A stretch of 63,040 bases of DNA, filler included, from Candidatus Aminicenantales bacterium (GCA_049512315.1; 3 parts of 3 records of this genome joined end to end with filler, not necessarily neighbours in it); one strand, 5' to 3'; positions 33,021-43,957 are shown, numbered from the whole stretch's first letter. Made by a program: numbers and translations. The notes: generated by a model from the sequence alone, not told the origin.

Positions 33021-34459
33021 TTCACACCTCGATCCCCGATTTGCACTATAGAACGTGGCGGCCCTTCAATAATTTCGTGAGAACGCAATTCACCAAAAGA
33101 AAGCGGCGTCGCTAATGGGTGTACATACCTAAAAAGTATACCCAAGGTGCTCTTCCTGCTAAAAGCGACGATTTCGTCTGTTGTATAGACAGTTCGAGGG
33201 CCCACGAATCTAATGATTTCGTTAGCCTCATCTGAACGAAGTGTTTTTTCAACTATGCCAATGCAGCGTACCGCCTTTTCATCTCCAGATCGGTAAAACA
33301 ACAGAATTGAACCCGATGGAAGATCCTTCGTCGGAGAACGGCAGAGGTAAGCTTTCCGGATAGCGTTTCCGAATGCATTCCTGCCTGGCAGAAGACTCAA
33401 TTGGTGTTCAACATCAGGAAACAATAGTTTATGATAAACAGATTTTACAGGCACAATGAAAAAGCGTGCGGATTCAATTTTTAGATTGTTAGGCCCATAT
33501 TTAATATTATATTCAAGTGCATTAATTCGTTTATATTCTTCGGGAGAACACACAAAGTCTTTAACGAGGACTATCTCACCTTTTTCTGTTCTGTTTCGTT
33601 GGGGATAGAAACCGAAATTCTCAAGAAACCTGATTAATCCGGCATGTTTAGGAAAGACCTCTACATAAGTATGGTCAAATCCTTCTTGATGTATAAAATC
33701 GAACACAGTCTTGAGGAGAAGTTCGCTTAATCCCCTCCCGATATCTACAACTTTAAATGAACAAATCTTTAGGACGATCCCCCCGAGAGAGCGCTCTCCT
33801 CCTGTTTCTGGCTTTACGATGCAGATACCGGCGTACTTGCCTATATCATCAAAAACCACCCATGCATCTCGTTTTTGGGTGCTGCATTTTGCCAGCCACA
33901 AATCAAAATCAGGATAATCTTCTCTGAAGCTTTTAAAAATGGGGTCGTTTGGGTCGATTTCATAACACATGATATGTCGGACTGCTGGCGGCGGGCGGTC
34001 CGATTCTTTAGGACTGAGGGCTCGAAACATACGGATAGCCTCATCCAGGGTCACCACACGATCATGCAAACCCGCACGCTGAGCCTTTTTATGTACTCCA
34101 TCATCTTCTGAAACTAATATATCAACAGCATTTTCATAGACCGCCCCTATTAAAACGTCATCCACATGGTCATTTGAGCGTCTCCCCGGAGGTCCAAGCC
34201 GTCGGCGCAGCTGTTGTGCTACGCTAGGAGGATCTTTTAAAATCTTGTATTTTTTCAGAAGGATCAGGCGAGTCTGCTTTCGATTTTCATCCCTATCGCT
34301 GTTAAGATCATTCCGTACACTGGGGTGCAATAGGAGATCATGTCCTTGCCCGCTTACTGCTTTTAGTAACGCTACTACGCGCTTAGTATTTTTGTTTAGT
34401 TCCGGTCCGCTAAGGGGTTCCGCCGGAATAAGTATATTAGTATCCAGCAGCACCTTCAT
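32996..34459 (-). CDS. PIN-GNAT-PUA(EVE/ASCH-like) fusion protein
   Basis: PIN: VLLDTNILI, DDVLI, LVSED. GNAT: LKICSFKV..GRGLSELLL. C-terminal PUA-like: KAYLC...ILLFYRS...PPRSI. Confidence 0.85.
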   Translation of the reverse strand: MKVLLDTNILIPAEPLSGPELNKNTKRVVALLKAVSGQGHDLLLHPSVRNDLNSDRDENRKQTRLILLKKYKILKDPPSVAQQLRRRLGPPGRRSNDHVDDVLIGAVYENAVDILVSEDDGVHKKAQRAGLHDRVVTLDEAIRMFRALSPKESDRPPPAVRHIMCYEIDPNDPIFKSFREDYPDFDLWLAKCSTQKRDAWVVFDDIGKYAGICIVKPETGGERSLGGIVLKICSFKVVDIGRGLSELLLKTVFDFIHQEGFDHTYVEVFPKHAGLIRFLENFGFYPQRNRTEKGEIVLVKDFVCSPEEYKRINALEYNIKYGPNNLKIESARFFIVPVKSVYHKLLFPDVEHQLSLLPGRNAFGNAIRKAYLCRSPTKDLPSGSILLFYRSGDEKAVRCIGIVEKTLRSDEANEIIRFVGPRTVYTTDEIVAFSRKSTLGILFRYVHPLATPLSFGELRSHEIIEGPPRSIVQIGDRGVKWLSRLIK

Positions 34460-34824
34460 TGCCGTGCTTCTTACTTATAATTATGCTCATGATATCAAAA
34501 CGTATGCAAGAGGTTTATCTTGATCGCTCGTTTTAGTAATGTCCTGTTCAATGAGATACGATCCCGCCGAAGATTAGCCTCGATGGATTCTCCTCTGTTG
34601 GAGCGTATCAAGCTTCTTTTTCTTGCAGTTACAGATCTTGATGGTTCTATCACGTTTAGGCTAGACTGAGCTATTTTGAGCGAGAGTTTGTACAATCTCT
34701 GCTCAATTTTTTGAACGTATCTAGACAATTGCGGCGGGGTGGTCTGCCCTGCTGGATCGCCAAAAACCTCTTTCTCAATATGACCAACTTACTTCAAGGG
34801 GGGCAGTTCACAAGTAAGATCCTA

Positions 34825-35772
34825 CTAAAGAAACATCTCTGTATAAGCAGGATAGTATCTATAGATATCACAGTAGTCATCGGCTTCTTCATCCTTAAGT
34901 TCGAATCGCTTTGGCTTCCAGCCCCTCGGCTTTGGCATTTCGGATTCTAGATACAAGCGTTCCTTCCTGGTTAAACAAGGGACGCGTATCCTGTAGGGAT
35001 TACTACACAAACTGTCGCGGATAAAAAAGAGCTTTTTTCTATTTAAGGCCCTAAGCCGTATTTCCTCCTCTTCTCTACAAATCATGCCTCCAATTGAAAG
35101 CATTTGGTGTCCGTCTGCGTAAAGGAAATTGAAAAGAGGGTGGAAACGCACATCCATCCTACCTGTAATTCCATCACGAATAACATTATCAATAATCGTC
35201 CCGTTAATTGCAGGGATTTTTGACTTTGCAAAATCGCTCGGTTTCGTTCTTGGTGGAAGATACCTGTACGCTTCTTGTTGGTAGTATTTCATCCAATCTA
35301 ATGGGCGCTCACCTTTTTCGCCTGGTGGTTCAACATCAATAGTTAAGAGCAAAATCGAACCTCCAGGTAGGCACTTTGAGGCCATCAAGACGGCATCCAG
35401 GATTTCCTCGGTCAACGGATAATCATAGTCAAGCCAAAGGATATGCCGGATGTCCTGCGAGAGCCGAGGTATTTGGTCTGCTATATCCCCCATTCTGATT
35501 CTAATTAGATTGAAAGGGCAATTGAACTTCAGGCGCTTTTCAATTTCGAGATCGGCTTCCACACTTAACATTTTGGAGATCCCAAGATACCGATGAAACA
35601 TGACGAAATCGACGAAATAAACAGAGCCCATCCCCGTATACTGGTATTCATCGATCGGGAAACCTATAGCCATGAGTTGTTGAAATGCGTCCAATAGCAT
35701 CCTTCGCTCAACTTGTTTAGCTGGACGATATTCGTAATGGACTCTCTCGAAGCTTTTAGCAGGAAGACTCAT
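34825..35772 (-). CDS. Putative SAM-dependent (O-)methyltransferase of unknown substrate
   Basis: RPAKQVERRM, YTGMGSVYFVDF, SVEAD, ILWLDYD Rossmann-like motifs; ATGA-coupled to the GHKL gene. Confidence 0.65.
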   Translation of the reverse strand: MSLPAKSFERVHYEYRPAKQVERRMLLDAFQQLMAIGFPIDEYQYTGMGSVYFVDFVMFHRYLGISKMLSVEADLEIEKRLKFNCPFNLIRIRMGDIADQIPRLSQDIRHILWLDYDYPLTEEILDAVLMASKCLPGGSILLLTIDVEPPGEKGERPLDWMKYYQQEAYRYLPPRTKPSDFAKSKIPAINGTIIDNVIRDGITGRMDVRFHPLFNFLYADGHQMLSIGGMICREEEEIRLRALNRKKLFFIRDSLCSNPYRIRVPCLTRKERLYLESEMPKPRGWKPKRFELKDEEADDYCDIYRYYPAYTEMFL

Positions 35773-37133
35773 TTGAGACCTTCCTTCTCTAAAAAATATG
35801 CTAAGGTATATTCCCCAATACGGCTGGCCCCCATCTTCGGCTTTCGTAAATGCTTCCTTATCTTCTCTAAATCCGAAATTTTTGCGCTATATTGTACACT
35901 TGTAGTTGTTCTCGGTGTTGGCTGTGCCTGAGGGGGAGCACTAAAAATTGTATTCTTATTTGATACAAGCTGGCCCACGGACTTAGATTCTACGACTCGC
36001 GCTATATCTCGTTCTATCGGCTCTACATCTAAATCACTTGGATATTTCTTGTTGATGAATGAAAAGACGGGGCGAGCCACAATTGCCATCCTATCCCGTG
36101 CTGTCAAATAGATGGGGGATTCCTTATTAAGGGCTGTCTTTGTCGTTGTCCAAGGCAAGAGAAGCGGATTTTCGGCTTGAAAGAAAGCCAGGCCAATAAA
36201 ACATCTATGCTTTGGCTGATATGTCGGCATGGGCGGAATTCCCCAGCCCGTAATCTCGGACTTGTCAGCCAGAAGAACTATACGTCCATTGCAAACTACG
36301 TACCAGCCAGCAAGGGCCTGGTTGTAGCGTCCGGTATCATCAAGTTCTGCAATTGTCGCTATGATTCTTACCTTAACGCCATTTTTTTCGAATTCTTCGT
36401 AGGACACGTTTCCGCCCTTCGGCCTGGAAAGTGGAATTCTATATGGCTCGATCTCTGTCTGATTCAAATAGATACGAACATACTTTCCTATAAAAAACGA
36501 GTATGTCCTTCGAATAGAATCGTAGAGGGATTTATAAAATGATCCCGCTTTGACACACATTTTGACTTCGTTGTGTAAACGGCTAACAAGAATAGAAGTT
36601 CCGGCAGATTTTTCCGAATGGGCCTTGGGTAGTTCCTTTAACGGAATACGCCAGTCATCAACAGATTTGTCTTGTTTTATCCATTCGGAAACGTCCAGAG
36701 AACATTCGAAACCGTTCTCTATAGTGTGGGACTCTATCCGGAATTCCTCCCCGAGCTTGAATAGCGCCCGCTTTAGCCCAACTCCATATACTCCCAGGAA
36801 TCCTTTCTTCCAGTCTGGGCCGTGGCCAAAATTAAAGGCTTCATTCCGTGCATATTCCAGATCTAGGCCGCCACAGTTGTCTTCGACCTTTACTGAGTCT
36901 TCGGAAAAGGTCACTCTGATGACCGGGCGTCCCGTTAAGTGTACCGACGGCTTTGGGTCTTTAGCGAATACCCATTTTGACAAATCAGAAAGCTTGATTT
37001 TACGGCTACGAATGAGTCCATCGATGGAGTTATCGATAAGATCAAGGATACAGTCCTCGAGCCCAATGTCCTTTGTAAACATCTGAATGAAGAAGTTTTT
37101 CCTTGGATAAGCACTTGCGAAATTATTATTCAT
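35769..37133 (-). CDS. GHKL (HATPase_c_3/MORC-like) ATPase
   Basis: DLIDNSIDG, EDNCGG, GVYGVGLKRA, GTSI; S5-like domain with GWYVVCNGR. Confidence 0.88.
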   Translation of the reverse strand: MNNNFASAYPRKNFFIQMFTKDIGLEDCILDLIDNSIDGLIRSRKIKLSDLSKWVFAKDPKPSVHLTGRPVIRVTFSEDSVKVEDNCGGLDLEYARNEAFNFGHGPDWKKGFLGVYGVGLKRALFKLGEEFRIESHTIENGFECSLDVSEWIKQDKSVDDWRIPLKELPKAHSEKSAGTSILVSRLHNEVKMCVKAGSFYKSLYDSIRRTYSFFIGKYVRIYLNQTEIEPYRIPLSRPKGGNVSYEEFEKNGVKVRIIATIAELDDTGRYNQALAGWYVVCNGRIVLLADKSEITGWGIPPMPTYQPKHRCFIGLAFFQAENPLLLPWTTTKTALNKESPIYLTARDRMAIVARPVFSFINKKYPSDLDVEPIERDIARVVESKSVGQLVSNKNTIFSAPPQAQPTPRTTTSVQYSAKISDLEKIRKHLRKPKMGASRIGEYTLAYFLEKEGLK

Positions 37134-37999
37134 TTTCCCCCCCCGGAATGAACACGCGCTAGTCCCTGGCTAAGAAACCGCGCATCAATGATGTCGAGAA
37201 AGTCACGATCCATATCGCCGCCGACAAAATGCATTTTGGCTTGTCGCGCGGCGACAAGCATCGAGCCGGCTCCCGCAAACGGATCAATCACGAGCCCTCC
37301 CCTGATTCCACTTATGGTCAAAATACGGGAGACCAGTTTTAGGGGAAGCTCATTGCTTCTTCTGTGCTTGTTATTTTTATGGCGAACCGGACTTATATCG
37401 TCCCAAATGTCGCTTAGGTTTATTCCGCTTTCTACAAATTTTTTGTATCCTCCGTAATCGCGAAGGTCCTTTTTACAGCGTGCACAAACCGGCCTCGGGA
37501 TCTTTGGCCGGCTAAAGACCTTTGGCTTCCCCTTCGTGTAATATAGCAGAGCATAGTGGGCTGGATAAAGCCGCCGACCCCGGACGAAGCCGCTCTTTAT
37601 TGAAATCGCAATCCAATGTCGGAATTCTAGGTAAGAAGGAATATCACATGCGAGTTGAATTGCCCATTTCGGGATGTGATATAAATATAGCGCACCTCCA
37701 GGTACAAGGACCTCGGCCGCCCGGACCAAAACCTTGGTCATATAATCGCGATAATCGGCCTCCGACTTACGATCCGCTTTTTTCCCGTTATTTCCATAGG
37801 CCTTTCCTAAATTGAAAGGCGGATCCAGAAAAACCACATTGGCACACTCAGCGCGCAGAGAATTCAGAAGTCGTAAAGCATCTTCGCAGACAACTTCACC
37901 GTCTCGATATCGATAAACAACACCGTTGTAGGCACCCTTCCACCATTTACGTATTGATCGGTTGAGTACTTGTGCCAATAGTCCTTCCTTTTTACCCAA
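37130..37999 (-). CDS. Beta-class N6-adenine/N4-cytosine DNA methyltransferase
   Basis: Motif IV DPPFN precedes motif I DPFAGAGS; CARC insert. Confidence 0.9.
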   Translation of the reverse strand: MGKKEGLLAQVLNRSIRKWWKGAYNGVVYRYRDGEVVCEDALRLLNSLRAECANVVFLDPPFNLGKAYGNNGKKADRKSEADYRDYMTKVLVRAAEVLVPGGALYLYHIPKWAIQLACDIPSYLEFRHWIAISIKSGFVRGRRLYPAHYALLYYTKGKPKVFSRPKIPRPVCARCKKDLRDYGGYKKFVESGINLSDIWDDISPVRHKNNKHRRSNELPLKLVSRILTISGIRGGLVIDPFAGAGSMLVAARQAKMHFVGGDMDRDFLDIIDARFLSQGLARVHSGGGK

Positions 38000-38013
38000 G
38001 GCGTCTTTTGGCT

Positions 38014-40959
38014 TCAGTGCGGTTTTGTCTCATCATCCAATCCGAGTTCACGGAGGGCCGCTTTCGTCTCGTTAACTATTTGATCAGAAACGCCGCCTTC
38101 GGGTGTAACTTCGAAAGACACCGTAATGCTGAGGTTGCTTCCCTTTGCTAATCTCGAGAGGACCTTCGTATAGAAGTTCATCCACTTATGTGCTGGAACT
38201 TCGCCTGCCCAGCTAAGCCTATTCGCATTTGGAGCGGCGGTAGAAATCTTAGTCGTCACATCTTCCTTGCCGATCGAAACGATAGCCTGACCGGAAATCT
38301 TCCCAACTTTCGCGGTAACAAAGAAGCTTCCCTCATCCTTTCCCGCCTGTAAAACCCCATCATTCATTATCTGGCCACCTGTGGCAGTCCATTCAACCTT
38401 TCCCACATCGAACTCGCGACCGAATTGGTCAAGCCCCTTAACCGTGAAGCTCTGTCTTTTCCCCGTCTGCATAAACGCTTGAGAGGGAGAAATACGGATT
38501 TGGGTCAATTCGGGCGGCTTGATATTCTTCTCAGCTTCTTCTGCCTTGATAAGGTAAGAATCATCAGAAATCTCAATATCACCTACGCCGAGTTGCTTCT
38601 TAAAGTTGAATGGTGAGTATCCACCCTTTGCAGATTTCCCTACATAAGCAAAGTGCCCTTCCATGACCCCTCGGCAGATGGCATCCTTAATCGCCTCTGG
38701 ATATAAGAGTCTAGGGAATAGAGGAGACGCATAGAACGCATCGCGAACAGATTTTGTACTCCATTCGGTGAAGGCCAGGGGCCAATTTTTCAATAAAGAA
38801 CGTGGGCTGATATCTTTAACAATCTCATCGGTCTGACGGAGGTGGTTGATTACAAGACGACACATGGTTTCCGCGGCGCTTGACGTGATCATTCCAAGAT
38901 CAATTATGTTTATTGTATTATCAGGCCCAAGCAACAAGACTTTGTTGTAGGCGCGCCAGACGCTTTCGCGAAGATCGCGCTTGGCCTTCTTGATGTTTTC
39001 TTCTAGTTGTTTTTCCTGTGCGTCATCAAGATGCAGGCCCTCAGCTCCGATGTCTGTCCATGCTATAAACCGCCGGGCCTCATCACAAATTGTCACAGCG
39101 GACTCAGGTATCAACCAGACAAGAGCACTCTTGTAAGTACGGGCCGATGTTCCATATTCCTTGGTCATCAATTCAACTTTGCTTGAAACCTTGGGGTCGT
39201 CCTGCAATGATTGGCTCGGTCCCATAATCACGAAGGTGAGTACTGGCCTGTCTGGGATTTGACCACTTTTTTGAGGAAAAAAAATTCGTTCTATCGATTC
39301 GGTCGGCGGAAAGACTTTTTGAATCTCCTCTAACACAATCTTCTCGACATCCTCATCCTTGACCCCAGCGCGGCGGTCAGCAAATCGCTTATTAAGGTTC
39401 TCCTTGAGGCTGAAGCGGTAGTGGTTGCGCTCAACACTTAGGTAATAACAGGCGTCCGTGAGTGCCTCTAATGCGGTTTCGATATTGCCAACGTCCAGTT
39501 CCGGTTCGGCAACTGCAAGACGAATCTCGGGCACCGTGGCGACGTTCTTCGACTGCCCACCGTTCGACTCAAAGAAGATGGCCGTCGCTACCTTCTTGTG
39601 AATTTTGGCTTTTCTGAGAGTTTCCTCCGCCTCCTGGTCAAGGCGAATCGCATGTGAGTCCTTCTTACCGGCAATATCTGTCGTCACTGCGCCTTCCAAC
39701 TTGTCCCCACCAAGTTGTTCAAAAACGGCAGTCCTGAACTGCGAATCTTCTAGAGGAGCTGTCCCTAATCCAATAAGAGCATCTTTCTGTGCACTCTTGA
39801 ATCCCTGCTGGTAGGCATTAGAGACCCACAGCGCGAGCAACCGAAGAACGCCGCGGGTTTGTTGAAAGTGCGGGAGTTCTTGCCACTTTCGTTCAAATAC
39901 CGACATCACCATCGGATGAAAGGGATACGTGGATGCAAAGGCTTCTTTCGCGTTGTCCTGAAACCAAGTCGGCACTTGTTTACGGTTCTCGGCAATCCAA
40001 TCCGCGTATTCTTTGCACGTGGCGACCGCATCCTGACTCAAAAGAACTCGACCTTCTTGGCTAAGCGCACGGGGGTCCCACTCAAACAACCGGCGGCGGA
40101 CGATTTCGGATGTCTCAGATTCTGACGCCATGATTACGGCTTTGCCGAGACGGTTCAGAAGTTTCTTGAATCGGCTGTAGTCTGCTTGATCCTCTGCCAT
40201 CATCTCGAGTTCAGACGCCGGTATCGAGGCGACAAGGACAGTCCGTTCATTCCCTCGTGCTTCCTCAGATAGGTTTTGGATGAAGTCGTATAGCTGCGTC
40301 GCGAGTCCGCTCTTCCTATTGCGGCTGATGTAATTCAGTAGTTCGTCAATGAGGATGAGTACAGGCTTATCTTTTGGTAGAAACCTGCGAATGACCTCAC
40401 CGCCGGGAGCAATCTTCTCCTTTTCGTGCTCCTCCACAATCTTGAAACCTGCCACGCCCGCCAATTGGAAAGCTATTTCGCCCCACGGCGTTTTGCGGAG
40501 CGGAGAACCATCCTCGCCACCCCTCCCCTGAATCGAGTCGAACTCAGCACCGACAAAAACGGCAACCGCGGCCTTGGGAACGTCTTTAATCTTAGCCTGT
40601 TCAAGGATTCGGTCTACACCCTGGAAATTCCGGGCCTTGGAACCGTTGTGGGCGAGGTGATAAAGGAGCGTGAGGGCATGCGTCTTGCCGCCGCCAAATT
40701 GAGTTGTCATATTGAACACGGCGGAAGTTTCGGTTTTCTCGCCGGAAAGACGACGCACAACCTCCGCTGCTAAGCCAAGGAGGTTCTTGGTCATGAACGT
40801 GCGCTCAAAGAAGCGCTCTGGCCTTTGATAGTCCTGATGTGCTCGCCCATCTCGGACCTGATCCAAGTGGACTGCAAACTCAGAAGCGTCCAGAGGTTTG
40901 CCTTCCCGCAAATCTTCGCGCGGGGTAACGACTTTGTACCAGGGTTTCAGTATGCTCAT
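38014..40959 (-). CDS. DUF499 family AAA+ ATPase with C-terminal Ig-like domain
   Basis: KPWYKVVTPREDL, FGGGKTH, ILIDEL, YPFHP, FQQTRGVLR. Confidence 0.93.
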   Translation of the reverse strand: MSILKPWYKVVTPREDLREGKPLDASEFAVHLDQVRDGRAHQDYQRPERFFERTFMTKNLLGLAAEVVRRLSGEKTETSAVFNMTTQFGGGKTHALTLLYHLAHNGSKARNFQGVDRILEQAKIKDVPKAAVAVFVGAEFDSIQGRGGEDGSPLRKTPWGEIAFQLAGVAGFKIVEEHEKEKIAPGGEVIRRFLPKDKPVLILIDELLNYISRNRKSGLATQLYDFIQNLSEEARGNERTVLVASIPASELEMMAEDQADYSRFKKLLNRLGKAVIMASESETSEIVRRRLFEWDPRALSQEGRVLLSQDAVATCKEYADWIAENRKQVPTWFQDNAKEAFASTYPFHPMVMSVFERKWQELPHFQQTRGVLRLLALWVSNAYQQGFKSAQKDALIGLGTAPLEDSQFRTAVFEQLGGDKLEGAVTTDIAGKKDSHAIRLDQEAEETLRKAKIHKKVATAIFFESNGGQSKNVATVPEIRLAVAEPELDVGNIETALEALTDACYYLSVERNHYRFSLKENLNKRFADRRAGVKDEDVEKIVLEEIQKVFPPTESIERIFFPQKSGQIPDRPVLTFVIMGPSQSLQDDPKVSSKVELMTKEYGTSARTYKSALVWLIPESAVTICDEARRFIAWTDIGAEGLHLDDAQEKQLEENIKKAKRDLRESVWRAYNKVLLLGPDNTINIIDLGMITSSAAETMCRLVINHLRQTDEIVKDISPRSLLKNWPLAFTEWSTKSVRDAFYASPLFPRLLYPEAIKDAICRGVMEGHFAYVGKSAKGGYSPFNFKKQLGVGDIEISDDSYLIKAEEAEKNIKPPELTQIRISPSQAFMQTGKRQSFTVKGLDQFGREFDVGKVEWTATGGQIMNDGVLQAGKDEGSFFVTAKVGKISGQAIVSIGKEDVTTKISTAAPNANRLSWAGEVPAHKWMNFYTKVLSRLAKGSNLSITVSFEVTPEGGVSDQIVNETKAALRELGLDDETKPH

Positions 40960-40981
40960 ATTTCCACCCCTGCCAATTTGA

Positions 40982-43957
40982 TCAGAATCCTAACCCCTTC
41001 TTCCGAGCCAAGACACCATCCACCCAACGTTTTTCATTCGTACTGGTGGGGTAAAGCGCTGATAGTGATTGCGCCAAGCGCCAGAAAAGGAAGTTTCGGC
41101 CAATTCCATCTTCGACAAGAAAACGCTTCAAGGCTTCGGAGCGCCCGGCGGCGAATAGAATCATGCTTTGGTGGACTTGATCAAGAACGGTCTTACCAGC
41201 TTTGCCTTTGAATTCACCGGTCCAATCTCCGGATTCCTCTTCGATCTGCTTCAGTTCGCCCTCGAAACCTAAAGTAAGTTGCTTATCTTTCTTCTTCGGA
41301 CGGCCTCGCGGGGCTTCAGTTGAATCCTTGCCAAATAGGTAACGGGTCCGTGCAGCGACTGGGAGTAATACTGCCGTCTCACCTTGGATTTCAACAAGAT
41401 GCCCTAGGTCCTCAAGATGTGCCCCCAAGCCCTGCGCTATCTTCCGCGCCGCATCATATTCGAGAGAAAAGCCGCCCGTTGTTTTCTTTTTTATCTTCTC
41501 GTCCTCTTCCTCTGCGCCCTCTGCAGTTAAACTTTCTTCTTTCTCGGTCGTCGCCACCGTCCACAACCACATCGCAGTTAGACGTGCGTCCTCTTCAAAG
41601 CCGAAGGCGTCCGCGCCTTCGAAGATCATTTTTAGTGCCTCTTTGGATACCGCCGCCCAGACATGTTCCAAATATTCCTTGAGTGTAACGGCCTCGCCAC
41701 TGGCCTTCTCCACGCGAGAATAACGGGAGAAGACTTCGAGTGCTGGCCCAATACAAGCAAAAATCGCATCCGCGCCCACAACTCCTTCATCTGCTAAACG
41801 TGGCATCCAATCGTGAATCCGATTAGGTAACTCTGCCAACACATCCCGCCAGTCCCCAATGTCAGTTTTGCTTACCGTACAGTCGGCGTTTTCACGCGGG
41901 CGGCAAACGAGATGTATTGACGACGCGAGAACTGCGGAATTTCGCGCTCTCAGGCGTGCGGCCATTTCGGTATCAATCGGCCAAGATGCTGTAATTGTCC
42001 AACCTGCGCTTACGAGAGCTTGTAGCATTGCCTCCCATCCAGATGTTGTCTTGTGGGCGAAGACGACGACTCCAATACCGGTTGGGCTAAGCACCCGACG
42101 CGAATCAGCGAACGCCTTTCCAATTTCATTTTCAAAAAACGCTGCGGTCTTGTTCCCGTAGCGATCAGGGTCCCAACCAGACATTTCACATATTTCCTCT
42201 GCTTTGGGCGCTTCTTTCAGTTGGAACAAATCGCTATGAAGAGATCCAAGAGTCCTGCGGTGCCAGACATAAAAGAAGTCAGATAGGTCGGCATAGGGCA
42301 CGGCATTGTAATATGGCGGGTCGGTGATAAGGCACGAAGCTGTGTCATCCGGCAACGACTGCGCCGTGGCACTTACAAGTTCAGATTGACCTACGTGTAG
42401 AAGAGCGTCGGCCTCGCGCTCAATGATACGGCAACCCCAGTCAATTGCACCTTCCCAAGAGCCTGAATAGCCAACGAGCGGGACACCTTCCGCAAAATCG
42501 AACTTCATGGGAAGACATTGACCTTGTGCAAAGGTGTGCCCAATAAATGCACCACTCTGAACCCAAGTACAAATTGAAGTCGAATAATCGGCCACTTTGC
42601 CAATAGCGAGGCTAAGCATGGTTACCGTTGCTGATGCAAAACCGACATCCTTTTTACTATCAACTTTCTCGCCGACTTTTTTGACGAGTCGACAGAGAGT
42701 GATTAGGAGAAGCAACTGACGGTCTGAGTATAGTGATGACCATGTGTTATGTCCGTAGAGTGGAACATTAAATACGCCACTCATGAGAGGGAGTGTTTCG
42801 TCAGGGAAAAAATCGGGATTAGTATATCGAAGCCTAATAATCTCTTTGGCAGCCTTCGCGAGCGCTTGATAATCAGATTCGTGTGGCAAACGATAATCTC
42901 GAACCCCGTTTTTAGAATGCACTACAGCGACGGCTAACAAACGAGCGGTTTTGACACCCCCTCCGGACTTTTTAAGCTGCTCGCGAACACGAGCGATTGG
43001 AGTGGTATATCCGCAGCAAGGGCATGTTACTGAGCCTCGCTTAGCCGTACCATTCAGATTCTGTTCGGCAACTGAACCCTGATGAATCGTAATGTGTACA
43101 GAGCCGCCTTTTCCGCTGAGGTTAATCCATATCGAGCGGTCTCTGCTTTTTTCTAGCAAGCGAGACGGCAGGATAGGCACCTCCGCCCCGCAACCGGGGC
43201 CTTCACAGTTAATCGTTCGCGCCCAAAGATAGGCAATAGGCGTCGCGCCATCGGGGTCCTTTGGATAGAACTCGGCCAGTTCCTTCTCGGCCGCTTCCTT
43301 GATCCACTCTCCCCACTTGCGAACTTCATCGGCGAGGTGCTGGCCGTACATGGGGATGTATTCCAGCACAACCTTGTTAAGCAAGACAGCAATCGGATTT
43401 AGGTCGCTAGCAAAAGCATCGGCACCAACGCGCAGAGCTTCGAGCGGAATGGACCCGCCACCGGCGAACGGGTCCACGATGAGAGGGCGCGAGCCAGATG
43501 CGCCGCCAAGCGCCTCATGCGCAGTTTGAGTCAACGCCCGCGCAGTTTCGAGGTATTCTTTGACAGTCGAGTTGTCCCAGTTTGCAAAGTCGGCTATAAA
43601 ATCAAACAACGCTTTCCGAATCTCAACATTGTCATCGAGTTTCTTTCCATTCTTAGCGAGTCTGTTAAAACGGGGGAAGCTCTCCTGACCGAGCAAGCCG
43701 AGATTTTGTCTGGCCCATTTCGTCATTTCTGCGCGGGCAGTCTTTCTGAACGCCTCAGGGCAAAGCTCGTCGGCCGGATCGGGCCAGAGAGAAGCGCAGA
43801 TCACCGCTCGACACGCTGCGAGTGGGCGTCGTGCCCACCAGATATGTAGCGTAGAAATATGGCCATGACGGATGCTCTTCTCTCGTCTTGCATGTGCCGA
43901 AATGCGTTTAATCGGCAGGTCCACTTCGATAAGTCGCCTAGGGTATCGGTTTATCAA
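40982..43957 (-). CDS. DUF1156 family adenine DNA methyltransferase
   Basis: LHIWWARRPL, DPFAGGGSIP, Zn ribbon, TDPPYY. TTG start at 43957 overlaps the helicase TGA. Confidence 0.93.
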   Translation of the reverse strand: MINRYPRRLIEVDLPIKRISAHARREKSIRHGHISTLHIWWARRPLAACRAVICASLWPDPADELCPEAFRKTARAEMTKWARQNLGLLGQESFPRFNRLAKNGKKLDDNVEIRKALFDFIADFANWDNSTVKEYLETARALTQTAHEALGGASGSRPLIVDPFAGGGSIPLEALRVGADAFASDLNPIAVLLNKVVLEYIPMYGQHLADEVRKWGEWIKEAAEKELAEFYPKDPDGATPIAYLWARTINCEGPGCGAEVPILPSRLLEKSRDRSIWINLSGKGGSVHITIHQGSVAEQNLNGTAKRGSVTCPCCGYTTPIARVREQLKKSGGGVKTARLLAVAVVHSKNGVRDYRLPHESDYQALAKAAKEIIRLRYTNPDFFPDETLPLMSGVFNVPLYGHNTWSSLYSDRQLLLLITLCRLVKKVGEKVDSKKDVGFASATVTMLSLAIGKVADYSTSICTWVQSGAFIGHTFAQGQCLPMKFDFAEGVPLVGYSGSWEGAIDWGCRIIEREADALLHVGQSELVSATAQSLPDDTASCLITDPPYYNAVPYADLSDFFYVWHRRTLGSLHSDLFQLKEAPKAEEICEMSGWDPDRYGNKTAAFFENEIGKAFADSRRVLSPTGIGVVVFAHKTTSGWEAMLQALVSAGWTITASWPIDTEMAARLRARNSAVLASSIHLVCRPRENADCTVSKTDIGDWRDVLAELPNRIHDWMPRLADEGVVGADAIFACIGPALEVFSRYSRVEKASGEAVTLKEYLEHVWAAVSKEALKMIFEGADAFGFEEDARLTAMWLWTVATTEKEESLTAEGAEEEDEKIKKKTTGGFSLEYDAARKIAQGLGAHLEDLGHLVEIQGETAVLLPVAARTRYLFGKDSTEAPRGRPKKKDKQLTLGFEGELKQIEEESGDWTGEFKGKAGKTVLDQVHQSMILFAAGRSEALKRFLVEDGIGRNFLFWRLAQSLSALYPTSTNEKRWVDGVLARKKGLGF

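Noticed and set aside
34495..34728. 77-aa ORF between the MTase and PIN genes
   Set aside because: No clear RBS or motif; probably an intergenic or promoter region.
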